Shown: positions 19,406-29,304, counted from the stretch's first letter. The stretch: DNA of 64,000 nt from Gemmatimonadetes bacterium 2013_60CM_65_52 (GCA_002215645.1 NGFI01000005.1:114678-178677), one strand, 5' to 3'. Translations and numbers: made by a program. Notes: generated by a model not told the origin, from the sequence alone.

Positions 19406-19809
19406 GCGAAGTTCTCGTGGACAGCAACGTCCTGCTGGACGTGTTGACCGAAGACCCGGTGTGGTTCGAGTGGTCGTCGAGCTCGTTGTCGGAGCTTGCC
19501 GAGAGTTCGGTCCTGCTTCTCAGCCCGATCGTATACGCCGAGGTCTCGGTGAATTTCGCGCGCGTCGAGGAGCTCGATGAGGCGCTGCCGACGGGCGTGT
19601 TCCGTCGCGATCCGCTGCCGTGGGACGCGGGATTTCTGGCGGGAAAGTGCTTCCTGACGTACCGGAGGCGTGGCGGCTCGAAGCGGTCGCCCCTTCCAGA
19701 CTTCTATATCGGCGCGCACGCTGCGGTGAAGGGCGCGTCGCTGCTGACGCGCGATGGAACGTTGTACCGTTCGTACTTTCCGTCCCTGCGGGTGATCGCG
19801 CCCAGCTAA
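19402..19809 (+). CDS. vapC: PIN-domain toxin (VapC)
   Basis: MSEVLVDSNVLLDVL carries the first acidic PIN residue. Size is 135 aa. It has a 4-nt overlap with the antitoxin gene. The C-terminal segment is DFYIGAHAAVKGASLLTRD. Confidence 0.85.
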   Translation: MSEVLVDSNVLLDVLTEDPVWFEWSSSSLSELAESSVLLLSPIVYAEVSVNFARVEELDEALPTGVFRRDPLPWDAGFLAGKCFLTYRRRGGSKRSPLPDFYIGAHAAVKGASLLTRDGTLYRSYFPSLRVIAPS

Positions 19810-19859
19810 GCGGGAGACGTCGGTCAAAGCCGGCGTGATGAGGGCAAGCGAGATACACT

Positions 19860-19875
19860 CTTAAGAATTTCTCAG
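19860..19875. promoter_or_regulatory. AT-rich 16-bp inverted-repeat motif CTTAR-N6-YTAAG, site 4 of 4
   Basis: CTTAA|GAATTT|CTCAG. A -10-like TATGGT at 19906-19911 argues against the GTG at 19907 as the start of the next gene. Confidence 0.35.
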
Positions 19876-19939
19876 TCTCGATTGGCGCCCTGTCCCATCG
19901 CGCCGTATGGTTGGCGCGCCCGCTCCCGAGAGACGACGA

Positions 19940-20293
19940 ATGTCACTCATCGCTCGAGCTACCAGCGCCGTCATCATCCTGTTTCTCGCCACGCTGGCGG
20001 CCATCGTCGCCCAGCGCCTCCTGACCGGCGAGATCAATACGCACGGCCTGTTGCACCGAAAGGGCTCGGGCGACCCCGTCGAGGCCAGCCCCGAACGCAT
20101 CCAGCTCCTGCTGTCGACCATCGCCATGGCGAGCTGGTACGTCCAACAGACCCTTCAGGCGCGCGGCACGAACCGGTTACCCGACGTTCCCGCCTCATGG
20201 CTCGCCGCCCAGGGCGCGAGCCAATTCATCTATCTGGGCGCAAAGGCGCTTTCATTTCGCGGCCGCGATACCACGGGCAGCGACAAGATGTAG
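19940..20293 (+). CDS. hypothetical two-TM membrane protein, paralogous to the N-terminal half of the next gene
   Basis: ATG at 19940 inside ORF 19907..20293. It shares the pattern L-x-x-EI(N/D)...LL...S-x-x-R-x-QLL...TM...LPDVP...G-x-S-x-x-x-Y with 20313..20948. Confidence 0.55.
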   Translation: MSLIARATSAVIILFLATLAAIVAQRLLTGEINTHGLLHRKGSGDPVEASPERIQLLLSTIAMASWYVQQTLQARGTNRLPDVPASWLAAQGASQFIYLGAKALSFRGRDTTGSDKM

Positions 20294-20312
20294 GTCCCAC
20301 ACGGAGACGACC

Positions 20313-20948
20313 ATGGATATGAAGCAAGCGACCGCGTACGTCTTTCTGGCCTCGGCATGGGTGACCCTTCTGATCGTCGCCGCATTCGCCTTCGCGATTC
20401 TGCGGGATGTTCTGACGCACGAGATCGACCTGACACGCCTCCTGAGCGAGCCGACCGGAGACGCGAGCATGTCGCGCTTCCAGTTGCTCATCTTCACGTT
20501 CGTCGTGGCGTTGAGTCTCTTCCTCATCGTGGTGTCGCAGGCGACGCCGCAGCTCCCCGATGTCCCCGGTGGCGTGCTGACGTTGCTCGGCATCAGCGCG
20601 AGCTCGTACGTCGTCAGCAAGAGCATCCAGTTCAGCAAGCCGGAGGGCGTGGAGGACCGTCCTCCGCACGTCGCCGTGACACCGTCCAACACCTCTGTGA
20701 CACCCGGCCAGCAGGTTCCATTCTCGGCCGAGGTGCAGCGGACGTCAAACACGGAGGTGACGTGGGCCATCGTCGCGCCGGCGTCCGGAACGATCAACTC
20801 GAAGACGGGTCTCTACACGGCGCCGGCAAAGGTGCCTCCCGGGGGGGTGATCGACACGATCCAGGCGCAGAGCGTCGCGAATCCGCTCGGTGTGGGCTCG
20901 GCGATCGTGAAGATCGCGCCGGCTAACGCCGTCGCGGCGGGAGACTAG
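20313..20948 (+). CDS. hypothetical membrane protein with C-terminal Ig-like (Big_2-like) domain
   Basis: Two TM segments and the same SRFQLL...LPDVP module as the upstream gene. After a linker comes VAVTPSNTSVTPGQQVPFSAEVQRTSNTEVTWAIVAPASGTINSKTGLYTAP, which is Ig-like. Confidence 0.65.
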   Translation: MDMKQATAYVFLASAWVTLLIVAAFAFAILRDVLTHEIDLTRLLSEPTGDASMSRFQLLIFTFVVALSLFLIVVSQATPQLPDVPGGVLTLLGISASSYVVSKSIQFSKPEGVEDRPPHVAVTPSNTSVTPGQQVPFSAEVQRTSNTEVTWAIVAPASGTINSKTGLYTAPAKVPPGGVIDTIQAQSVANPLGVGSAIVKIAPANAVAAGD

Positions 20949-20953
20949 GGATC

Positions 20954-21835
20954 ATGCCGAAGAAGACTGTACCCGAGAGGCCACCGCATGCGAAGCCGCA
21001 CCGGGCCGGCGGTGGCGTAAAGGGCGGACATGCCGCGGCGGCGATGCTGCCGGTGGCTCTCGGGCTCGCCATGAAGCTCAATGGGAGTCCCGTAACGTTG
21101 CCTTCCGCGCCCACGGGGCTCGATGTGCAGACGATGACGCCTGCCGCGACGATTGCGGCCGACAAGGCGATTCCGCGCATCGGATTGGACGCTCCCGCGT
21201 CGGAGCTGGACCAGAATTGGGAGAAGCCGGCGCCGAACCAGAGCAGCCTGCCGGGATGTCCATGGTTCGGAGCGGAGAAGTCGGACAAGATCACGAATCA
21301 ACGAAAGAACCGAACGGACCTGCCGAGCGGCTACCACGCCGTGGAATTCAGCGCCCTCACGGACCTCGATTGGCCGCATGAGGCCACGACACGGCGTGAC
21401 AAGTGGACGTCGGATCAACTCGCGCAGATCGCTCCGTTCGAGGGCGAGGCGATCACGGTCACGGGCTTCGTCGTCGCGTTCCGGCCGCAGGGAAAGAGTG
21501 GCGAGTCCCCCAACTGCGGTGAAAAGGGGGAGCCCAATACGGATTGGCACATCGCGCTGGTCGGCGAATTCGGTGACAAGGAGCCGGAGGCCATGGTCGT
21601 CGAAACGACACCGCGCATCAAGCAACACCATCCCAACTGGGTGCCCGCCGCTCTGGAGTCACTGAAGGGCACCGAGGACTCGGTCCGCGTGAGCGGTTAC
21701 CTGCTGCTGGATCCCGTTCACAAGGGGCATCTGGGCAAGTACCGCCGCACACTGTGGGAGATTCACCCGATTCACCGGATCGAAGTGTTCAAGAAGAGTG
21801 AATTGGTCTGGCGAGACATCGATGACCAGAGCTAG
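20954..21835 (+). CDS. conserved hypothetical protein (no recognised domain)
   Basis: Starts 5 nt after the previous stop. The C-terminal half has a distinctive pattern, ITVTGFVVAFRPQGKSGESPNCGEKGEPNTDWHIALV...VVETTPRI...VRVSGYLLLDPVHK...TLWEIHPIHRIEV. It resembles uncharacterised proteins I have seen annotated only as hypothetical. Confidence 0.6.
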   Translation: MPKKTVPERPPHAKPHRAGGGVKGGHAAAAMLPVALGLAMKLNGSPVTLPSAPTGLDVQTMTPAATIAADKAIPRIGLDAPASELDQNWEKPAPNQSSLPGCPWFGAEKSDKITNQRKNRTDLPSGYHAVEFSALTDLDWPHEATTRRDKWTSDQLAQIAPFEGEAITVTGFVVAFRPQGKSGESPNCGEKGEPNTDWHIALVGEFGDKEPEAMVVETTPRIKQHHPNWVPAALESLKGTEDSVRVSGYLLLDPVHKGHLGKYRRTLWEIHPIHRIEVFKKSELVWRDIDDQS

Positions 21836-21862
21836 CGTGACCAAGTTTGCGCGCGCGAATCC

Positions 21863-23776
21863 TCACTCCTCGTTCAGTATCGCGTGCAGCGTCCTGAGGA
21901 GCGTCTCGGCGGTGTAAGGCTTCGGCACGAAGTGGTGCACGCCGGCGCGCATAGCCTTCGCGAGCGCGTTGTCCGTGACGAGCCCACTCGACGCGATGAT
22001 CTTGACGTCCGGATTGATGGCCTTGAGTGCCAGAATCGTGGCCGGACCATCCATGATCGGCATAGCCATGTCCGTCAACACCACACTGACGTCCGCCGCA
22101 TGCTGCGCGTAGAGCGCCACGGCCTCGGCGCCATTGGAGGCCAACAGTACGCGATATCCGAATCGCTCGAGCGTGCCCTGGGCGATGGCACGAATACCCG
22201 GTTCATCATCCGCCACGAGCACGATCTCGCCATTGCCGCGCCGTAGGGACGTTGCCTCCGCAGAGATCTGATCGGAGGCGCACTCCGCGGCGTTGGCGGG
22301 CAAATACACCTTGAACTTGGCACCGTGTCCGGGCTCGCTGTAAACGTGGATGAAGCCACCGTGGGCTTTCACGATGGCCAAGGTCGTCGAGAGTCCGAGG
22401 CCCGTTCCGCTTCCCGTGGCCTTCGTTGTAAAGAAGGGCTCGAACACGCGATCCTGAACGTCCGGCGTCATCCCGACGCCGGTGTCGGCCACGGTGATCA
22501 CGACATAGGCACCGGGCTGCGCATCGATGTGCATGGCGCTGTACGTCTCGTCGACGACGGTGTTCTCCATGGTGACGTTCAGCACTCCTCCGGTTGGCAT
22601 CGCGTCGCGGGCATTGACGCATAGGTTCAGGAGGAATTGGTGTATCTGCGTCGGGTCGCCCGTAACTGTCCAGAGGTCGGGCGGCGAGGTAAAGCGTACG
22701 TCGATGGATTTCGGAAGCGTGTCGCGAAGAATCTTCAGGAGCTCGTTCATCAGGTGGACGGGATTCACCGCAATGCGGTGACCCTGAACACCCCGCGCGA
22801 ACGAGAGGACTTGGCGCACGAGCGATGACCCATGTTCCGCGCTGGTCTTCAGCGTGGCGAGATACTGCTCCGCTTCCGGATCATCGATCATCTCCGTGAG
22901 GAGCTCCACGGATAGGAGGATCGGCGTAAGGACGTTGTTGAGGTCGTGGGCGATGCCGCCGGCCAGCGTTCCAATACTTTCCATCCGCTGCGCGCGCAGG
23001 AGCTGCTGCTCCAGGCGCTTGCGCTCGCTGAGATCCAGGACGAAGCACACGCCTTCGTCGGAGTCGTCCTGAAACGACGCTGCGCCGATCAGGACGGCGA
23101 CACGTGAGCCATCCCTCCGGATGAACTCCTTCTCATACGGCGTGCAGACACTCCGGGCCGCAACCTCCGCCAACGCTCGTCGATCCGCCTCGGCATACTC
23201 GGGCGGTGTGATGGCGGTCCACTTGATGGTGCCGGCATCGAGATCGTCCCTCCCATAGCCGATGATGTCCAGGAAGGCCCCGTTCGCGCTGGTGACGTCA
23301 CCTCGCGTGTTCCAGAACATCACGCCTTGCGCGTTCGAGTCGACGAGACGGCGGAGGCGAGCGTCGTGCCGCTTGCGCTCGGTGGAATCGCGAATGATGC
23401 CCAGGTAGTTTCCGTCGGGCATCTGGGAGACCGTCACCTCCGCCGAGAATGTCGATCCGTCCTTGCGTGTGAAGATCCATTCCCGCTCATGATGGTGCGA
23501 CTCGCCCTCGAGGGAGCGGAGCGCTTCGCCGATGTGCGGCACCTCGGCCGGTGCGACGATGTCCGACGCATGCAGCCCGATGAACTCGTCCTTCGTGTAG
23601 CCGAGCATGCGGCACATGCTCGCGTTCGCGTCCAGGTAGTAGCTCCTCGGATCGGCGATGACGATGCCTTCCGGGGCATAGTCGAACAGCATGCGATACC
23701 GCGCTTCGGCTGCGCGGTGGGCGGTGTCCTCCCGGAGGCCCTCCGGCTCGTTCGCGGAGTGAGATGGCGAGTTCAT
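21863..23776 (-). CDS. hybrid sensor histidine kinase / response regulator with PAS domains
   Basis: PAS-like segments ([17 protein letters not shown]..., [18 protein letters not shown]...). HisKA H-box is [14 protein letters not shown]. HATPase G-boxes are DTGVGM and GTGLGLS. The C-terminal receiver is [11 protein letters not shown]...DMAMPIMDG. Confidence 0.9.
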   Translation of the reverse strand: MNSPSHSANEPEGLREDTAHRAAEARYRMLFDYAPEGIVIADPRSYYLDANASMCRMLGYTKDEFIGLHASDIVAPAEVPHIGEALRSLEGESHHHEREWIFTRKDGSTFSAEVTVSQMPDGNYLGIIRDSTERKRHDARLRRLVDSNAQGVMFWNTRGDVTSANGAFLDIIGYGRDDLDAGTIKWTAITPPEYAEADRRALAEVAARSVCTPYEKEFIRRDGSRVAVLIGAASFQDDSDEGVCFVLDLSERKRLEQQLLRAQRMESIGTLAGGIAHDLNNVLTPILLSVELLTEMIDDPEAEQYLATLKTSAEHGSSLVRQVLSFARGVQGHRIAVNPVHLMNELLKILRDTLPKSIDVRFTSPPDLWTVTGDPTQIHQFLLNLCVNARDAMPTGGVLNVTMENTVVDETYSAMHIDAQPGAYVVITVADTGVGMTPDVQDRVFEPFFTTKATGSGTGLGLSTTLAIVKAHGGFIHVYSEPGHGAKFKVYLPANAAECASDQISAEATSLRRGNGEIVLVADDEPGIRAIAQGTLERFGYRVLLASNGAEAVALYAQHAADVSVVLTDMAMPIMDGPATILALKAINPDVKIIASSGLVTDNALAKAMRAGVHHFVPKPYTAETLLRTLHAILNEE

Positions 23777-24055
23777 CTATGGCACAATCCGTCAAGCGGG
23801 GCCAAACGTCAACAGTGATCTTGCATCCGAGCGGTCGATCACGAGGATTGTCTCGCGCCCGGCGCCGGCTCAACAGTGACGCCTGTTAGGGGACGCCTCA
23901 GCTGCATAGTATCGGCAGCAAGGCTGAATATTGCCTGCTTCAAGTCGGAGGGCGATCGCGCTCGTGGATCGGTTGGTCTCTGGGCCGGCGAGGGCTTCGG
24001 CGGCCATGTCGCCAACCTGCGCATTGCCCGAATGCGGTAGAGCGCGTTCGTCCCG

Positions 24056-25381
24056 TTAGATCACGAACATCCCGATCGCGGCGGCGAACATCACGATGGC
24101 CGTAAGGCCAACGACCACGCGCACCAATCGCGAAATCGGCTGCCCATGCATCAGCTTCGAGTCCGACGCCGCGATGAGGATGCCGACGAGAAGGAACGGG
24201 GCGAGCACGCCGTTGATGACTGCCGTCCAATAGAGCGCCGAAACCGGATTGACCCCCGAGAAGTCGAGCCCCACGCCAATGGCCACCGAGCAGATGAAAG
24301 CGGCGTAGAAGCCGGGCGCGCGAGTGTATGGCTCGTCCATGCCCTGCCGCCAGCGAAAAATCTCGGCGAATGCATACGCGCCGGCACCGGCGAGGGTCGG
24401 AATGGCCAGCGCGCCGGTGCCGAGGAGACCCGCGGTGTAGAGGAGAGCCGCAAAGCGGCCCGCGAGCGGGGTCAGCGCCTCCGCGACCTGGCCGGATGTC
24501 TCCAGCTTCGTCATCCCCGCGCGATGAAGCGTGAGCGCGGTGGTGAGGATGATGAAGAACATTGCCGCGTTCGAGAAGAGCGTTCCGATGGCAATGTCGA
24601 TCTGTCGCGTCGTGATCTCGTACCGGGTGGCTCCGACGCGATCCGCCGCACGGCGACGTCCGAGTGACTTTTCCTCTTCGACTTCCTGCGACGCCTGCCA
24701 GAAGAAGAGATACGGGGAGATCGTCGTTCCGAGGATGGCGACGAGCGTTGCCCATGCGCCGCCGAGCGGTGGAACGCGCGGCACGACGGTGTCGTGCGCT
24801 ACCCCCGCCCAACGCGGCCCTAGATAGAGTGCCGTGATGACATAGGCCACGAGCACCAGTGCCAACCATTTGAGCCCCGCCGCGAGTACGGTATAGCGCA
24901 GACGAATCGTTGCGGTCGCGATGCCTACTCCCAACGCAACGACCCAGATGTGTGAGTTCACTCCCGTCAACAACTGGGCGGCCGACGCCATTCCGGTGAG
25001 ATCTGCGCCGACGTTGATGGTGTTCGCGATGAACAGCGCAACGGCGGCAACCAGGAGCAGCGGGCGCGGGAACTTGTGTCTCAGCGCGCCCGCGATGCCC
25101 TGTCCCGTGACCATTCCGATACGGGCGCAGGTCGTCTGAACCGCGATCATCAATGGCCATGTAAAGAGCGCGGTCCAGAGGAACGCGGTGCCGTACCGGG
25201 CTCCGGCGACGGAATAGGTCGCAATACCGGATGGGTCGTCATCCGCGGCGCCGGTGACGATGCCGGGGCCGAGGCGCTTCCAGAATGCGCGGACGCCACC
25301 TGGCCCCGGGAACTCGCGTTTCGCCTGGCGGCGGTGCGCCCCGCGATGATCCGTCTTCGGCGCTCCTGTCATCGGCAACAA
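24056..25381 (-). CDS. NRAMP-family divalent metal cation transporter
   Basis: RLGPGIVTGAADDDPSGIATYS is a variant of the NRAMP DPGN metal-site motif. About 11 TM segments and a family-typical length of 441 aa. Confidence 0.88.
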   Translation of the reverse strand: MLPMTGAPKTDHRGAHRRQAKREFPGPGGVRAFWKRLGPGIVTGAADDDPSGIATYSVAGARYGTAFLWTALFTWPLMIAVQTTCARIGMVTGQGIAGALRHKFPRPLLLVAAVALFIANTINVGADLTGMASAAQLLTGVNSHIWVVALGVGIATATIRLRYTVLAAGLKWLALVLVAYVITALYLGPRWAGVAHDTVVPRVPPLGGAWATLVAILGTTISPYLFFWQASQEVEEEKSLGRRRAADRVGATRYEITTRQIDIAIGTLFSNAAMFFIILTTALTLHRAGMTKLETSGQVAEALTPLAGRFAALLYTAGLLGTGALAIPTLAGAGAYAFAEIFRWRQGMDEPYTRAPGFYAAFICSVAIGVGLDFSGVNPVSALYWTAVINGVLAPFLLVGILIAASDSKLMHGQPISRLVRVVVGLTAIVMFAAAIGMFVI

Positions 25382-25451
25382 TCTACTGAGTAGCTTCCAC
25401 TATCCGCTGCCAGCCCTATGGCCCGGCGGTTGCCACCGGACGATCCCAACC

Positions 25452-28400
25452 ATGTTCATCTCCGACTTCGCCATCCGGCGCCCGATCATCACCGTCGTCA
25501 CGACGATCGCACTCGTCGTGTTCGGGATTGCCGCACTGGCTCGGCTTCAGATCGACGAGTTCCCCGACATCGACGCACCCATCGTCTTCATCGGCATCCC
25601 GTATCCTGGCGCATCTCCGGACCAGGTCGAGCGCGAGGTGGTGGACCGTATCGAAGACCGGGTCGCCGCGATCTCCGGACTGGACATCCTCCGCTCCACG
25701 TCGACCGACGGGTTCGCGCAGATCATCGCGCAGTTCCAGTTCGGTAAGCCCACCGATCAGGCGACACAGGACGTCCGCGATGCCATCTCAGCCGTGCGCT
25801 CGCAGTTGCCGGCGGAGATCGTGGAGCCGATCGTCCAGCGCTTCGACCCGTCGGCGCTGCCCATCGTTTCGCTCGCCCTCACGTCGGTCACACTTACGCC
25901 GGCGCAGCTCACGCGCATCGCGGACCAGACCATCGGCGGCGAGCTGAGGTCCATCTCGGGGGTGGCGCAGGTCAACATCGTCGGCGCCGACAGCGCGACC
26001 CTCAACGTCATCCCCGATCCGGATCGGCTCGCGGCCGCGGGTGTCGGCGTCGATCAGGTGGTCGCTGCGCTCCGTGCGCAGAATCTCGCGGCGCCGGTTG
26101 GGCAGGTGACGGGCCCAGTTACGGAACGTGCCATCCGCATCGAGGGGCGTCTTCAGCATCCGGAAGACTTCGCGCAGCTCACCGTAGCGACGCGCGGCGG
26201 GACGTCGATCCGCCTCGGCGACGTGGCTACGGTTGAGGCGGGAGCTGCGGACCGTCGCTCGGCAGCGTTGTTCAACGGCCGAGAGGCGATCGGCATCGAC
26301 ATCGTCAAGTCGAAGGGCTACAGCACAACAACTGTGAGCGACGGCATCAAGGCGCGGCTCCCTGCGCTACGGACGGGGCTGCCGAAGGGGACGACGATCG
26401 AAATCGTGCGCGACGCGGGCAGCCGCGTGCGCAACTCCGTGCGGAACGTGCAGGAGGCGCTCGTCGAGGGTGCGCTGCTCACGGTGCTCGTCGTCTTCCT
26501 GTTCCTCAACTCGTGGCGCTCCACGGTCATTACCGGCCTCGCGCTTCCGGTGTCGGTGCTCGCGTCGTTCGTGCCGCTCATGATCTTCGGCTTTACGCTG
26601 AACACCATGTCGCTGTTAGGCCTGTCGTTGGCAATCGGTATTCTGATCGACGACGCCATCGTGGTGCGCGAGAACATCGTGCGCCACGTAGAGCTGGGAA
26701 AGGACCATCTTACCGCATCGCACGAGGCCACTGAGGAGATTGGACTCGCTGTCGCCGCCACCACGTTTTCGATCGTCGCGGTCTTCGTGCCCGTGGGTTT
26801 CATGAGCGGCTTCGCGGGGCAGTGGTTCAAGCCGTTTGCTCTCACCATCGCCGCGGCCGTTCTCGTGTCCCTGTTCGTGTCGTTCTCGCTCGATCCCATG
26901 CTCTCCGCCTACTGGCCGGATCCGCAGATCGAGGCACATGAACGGCGCAATCCAATTGCGCGCACGCTCGATCGCTTCAACCGCTGGTTCGACCGGCAGT
27001 CGCAGCGCTACCGCCTCGGCATCGCGTGGGCGCTCGACCACCGCAAGACGATGATCGCGCTGGCGTTTGCCTCGTTCGTGGGAGCCATTGCACTTCAGGT
27101 GGTGGTCGGCGGCTTCGGTTTCGTGCCGGCGAGCGACCGCAGCGAGCTCACCGTGAACGTGGAGGCGCCGCCGGGCTCCAGCCTGGAATTCACCCGCGTG
27201 TTGACCGAGCAGGTTGCGCGGCAGGTGCGCACGCATCCGGAGGTGGAGTACACCTACGCGACAGTCGGCAGCGCATCCGGATCTGGGAGTGTGGACGTCG
27301 GCTCGGTGTACGTGCGCCTCAAGCCCAAAGTCGATCGGAGCATCAGTCAAACACAGTTCGGCATGCGAATTCGCCGCGAGCTCCGATTCAGAGGCGACGT
27401 CAACGCCTATTTGCTCGAGGCGGGCGGGCCGGGAGGCGGCATGAAGCCTCTTCAATTGCAGCTCAAGGGCGACGATCAGGCGGTTCTTACGCGACTGGCC
27501 GACTCCATCGCGAAGATCGTTCGTGGCACGCCGGGAGCGGTGGACGTTGGACTCTCCACCAAAGGTGAGAAGCCCGAGCTCAAAGTGAGCATCAACCGCG
27601 GTCTGGCGGGTGCACTCGGCGTGACCGTCGGTCAGATCGCGCAATCCCTGCGGCCGGCCTTTGCCGGTGTGGACGCGGGCAATTGGGTCGATCCGAGCGG
27701 CGAAACGCGATACGTTCGCGTGCGTCTTCCTGCTGCTCTCCGCACGAGTCCGGCCGACATCGCGCGCATTCCCATCGTGATGGGCGGGGCCGGTGGCGCT
27801 CCGTCCGTAGTACCTCTCGGTCAGGTGGCGACCATCACGACGAGCACCGGCCCGGCGCAGATCGAGCACCTCGATCGGAGCCGAGTCGTGACGGTTGGCG
27901 CGAACATCGAAGGCTCACTCGGCAACGTGACGCGCGTGGTCCAGGCTCGGCTTGCTTCGTTCCGTCTGCCGCAGGGATACGAGATCGTGTCCGGCGGACA
28001 GGTGAAGGATCAGGCTACGGTATTCGGGTCGATCTTCACAGCGCTCGGTATTGCGGTGATGCTGATGTATCTGATTCTCGTCATCCAGTTCGGCTCGTTC
28101 GTGGATCCGCTGGCCATTTTGTCTTCGCTGCCACTCTCGCTCATCGGCGTAGTGCTCGCGCTGCTCATCACGGGCGACACGCTCAACATCATGAGCCTGA
28201 TCGGCGTGATCCTGCTGATGGGCATCGTCGCAAAGAACGCGATTCTGCTCATCGACTTTGCCAAGTGGACGCACGAGGAGAAGCACCTGCCAATGCGCGA
28301 TGCGCTCATCGAGGCAGGCGCGATTCGGCTACGGCCGATTCTCATGACGACGCTCGCGCTCATTGCCGGCATGATTCCCGTTGCGCTCGGTCGAGGTGAG

Positions 28401-28592
28401 GGCGCCGACTTTCGGTCCCCGTTGGGCCGCGCGGTGATCGGCGGAGTCATCACGTCCACGGTGCTGACGCTTTTCGTCATTCCCACCGTCTATGAGATCT
28501 TCGACGACTGGCGCGAGGCACTGATGGCGAGGGTGCGAGGAAGGCGAGGCGTCGTCACGCACGGGGAGCCGCTGCCCGCGCCGGGCGACTGA
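25452..28592 (+). CDS. RND efflux transporter permease subunit (AcrB/HAE family)
   Basis: MFISDFAIRRPIITVVTTIALVVFG is the canonical N-terminus. Size is 1046 aa with two large periplasmic loops and 12 TM segments. No adaptor or outer-membrane factor gene is adjacent. Confidence 0.92.
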   Translation: MFISDFAIRRPIITVVTTIALVVFGIAALARLQIDEFPDIDAPIVFIGIPYPGASPDQVEREVVDRIEDRVAAISGLDILRSTSTDGFAQIIAQFQFGKPTDQATQDVRDAISAVRSQLPAEIVEPIVQRFDPSALPIVSLALTSVTLTPAQLTRIADQTIGGELRSISGVAQVNIVGADSATLNVIPDPDRLAAAGVGVDQVVAALRAQNLAAPVGQVTGPVTERAIRIEGRLQHPEDFAQLTVATRGGTSIRLGDVATVEAGAADRRSAALFNGREAIGIDIVKSKGYSTTTVSDGIKARLPALRTGLPKGTTIEIVRDAGSRVRNSVRNVQEALVEGALLTVLVVFLFLNSWRSTVITGLALPVSVLASFVPLMIFGFTLNTMSLLGLSLAIGILIDDAIVVRENIVRHVELGKDHLTASHEATEEIGLAVAATTFSIVAVFVPVGFMSGFAGQWFKPFALTIAAAVLVSLFVSFSLDPMLSAYWPDPQIEAHERRNPIARTLDRFNRWFDRQSQRYRLGIAWALDHRKTMIALAFASFVGAIALQVVVGGFGFVPASDRSELTVNVEAPPGSSLEFTRVLTEQVARQVRTHPEVEYTYATVGSASGSGSVDVGSVYVRLKPKVDRSISQTQFGMRIRRELRFRGDVNAYLLEAGGPGGGMKPLQLQLKGDDQAVLTRLADSIAKIVRGTPGAVDVGLSTKGEKPELKVSINRGLAGALGVTVGQIAQSLRPAFAGVDAGNWVDPSGETRYVRVRLPAALRTSPADIARIPIVMGGAGGAPSVVPLGQVATITTSTGPAQIEHLDRSRVVTVGANIEGSLGNVTRVVQARLASFRLPQGYEIVSGGQVKDQATVFGSIFTALGIAVMLMYLILVIQFGSFVDPLAILSSLPLSLIGVVLALLITGDTLNIMSLIGVILLMGIVAKNAILLIDFAKWTHEEKHLPMRDALIEAGAIRLRPILMTTLALIAGMIPVALGRGEGADFRSPLGRAVIGGVITSTVLTLFVIPTVYEIFDDWREALMARVRGRRGVVTHGEPLPAPGD

Positions 28593-28599
28593 GGGTCGG

Positions 28600-29304
28600 G
28601 TGCCGCAATCGTCGCACGGAACGCGCGAACCCATCGCACTGAGCTGGAGTGGCGGAAAGGACAGTACGCTTGCGCTGCTCGCTCTGCGGGAGCGCGGTGA
28701 CGTGGACGTCGCCGTGCTGCTCACGAGCGTCACGTCCGAATACGATCGCGTCAGCATCCATGGCGTTCGGCGGACGCTGCTGGAGCGACAGGCCGAGGCA
28801 CTTGGGCTGCCTCTGATGATCATCGCACTCGAGCCGAAGTGTTCGAATGCCGAGTACGAGGCTGCGTTTCGCGATGCATTGGTGAGATTGTCCGCGGCGC
28901 ATCCGCGCGTGAAGCGCGTCGCTTTCGGAGACCTGTACCTCACGGAGGTGCGCGACTACCGCGACCGGTTGCTGATTGATACCGGGTTCACGGGCATGTA
29001 CCCACTGTGGGGCGAGCCGACGCGCGCATTGGCCGAGGGCTTCATCGATGCCGGCTTCTCGGCCACGATCGTCTGCGCGGACAACACCCAGATCGACGGG
29101 TCTTTCGCGGGGCGGCGTTTCGACCGTTCGCTGCTGGACGCGTTGCCAGCGGGTGCCGACCCCTGTGGCGAGAACGGCGAGTTCCACACGTTCGTGCACG
29201 ATGGCCCGATCTTCGATCGCGCCGTCGCGGTCATGTGCGGTACCGTGGTTATACGCGACGAACGTTTCACGTACTGCGATCTGGTGGACGCGTCGAGCAT
29301 GTGA
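28600..29304 (+). CDS. PP-loop ATP pyrophosphatase, Dph6/MJ0570-related (diphthine-ammonia-ligase-like N-type ATPase)
   Basis: The PP-loop is ALSWSGGKDSTLAL, followed by GDLYLTEVRDYRDRLL, YPLWG and GENGEFHTFV. The start is a GTG 8 nt after the RND stop. Confidence 0.75.
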   Translation: MPQSSHGTREPIALSWSGGKDSTLALLALRERGDVDVAVLLTSVTSEYDRVSIHGVRRTLLERQAEALGLPLMIIALEPKCSNAEYEAAFRDALVRLSAAHPRVKRVAFGDLYLTEVRDYRDRLLIDTGFTGMYPLWGEPTRALAEGFIDAGFSATIVCADNTQIDGSFAGRRFDRSLLDALPAGADPCGENGEFHTFVHDGPIFDRAVAVMCGTVVIRDERFTYCDLVDASSM

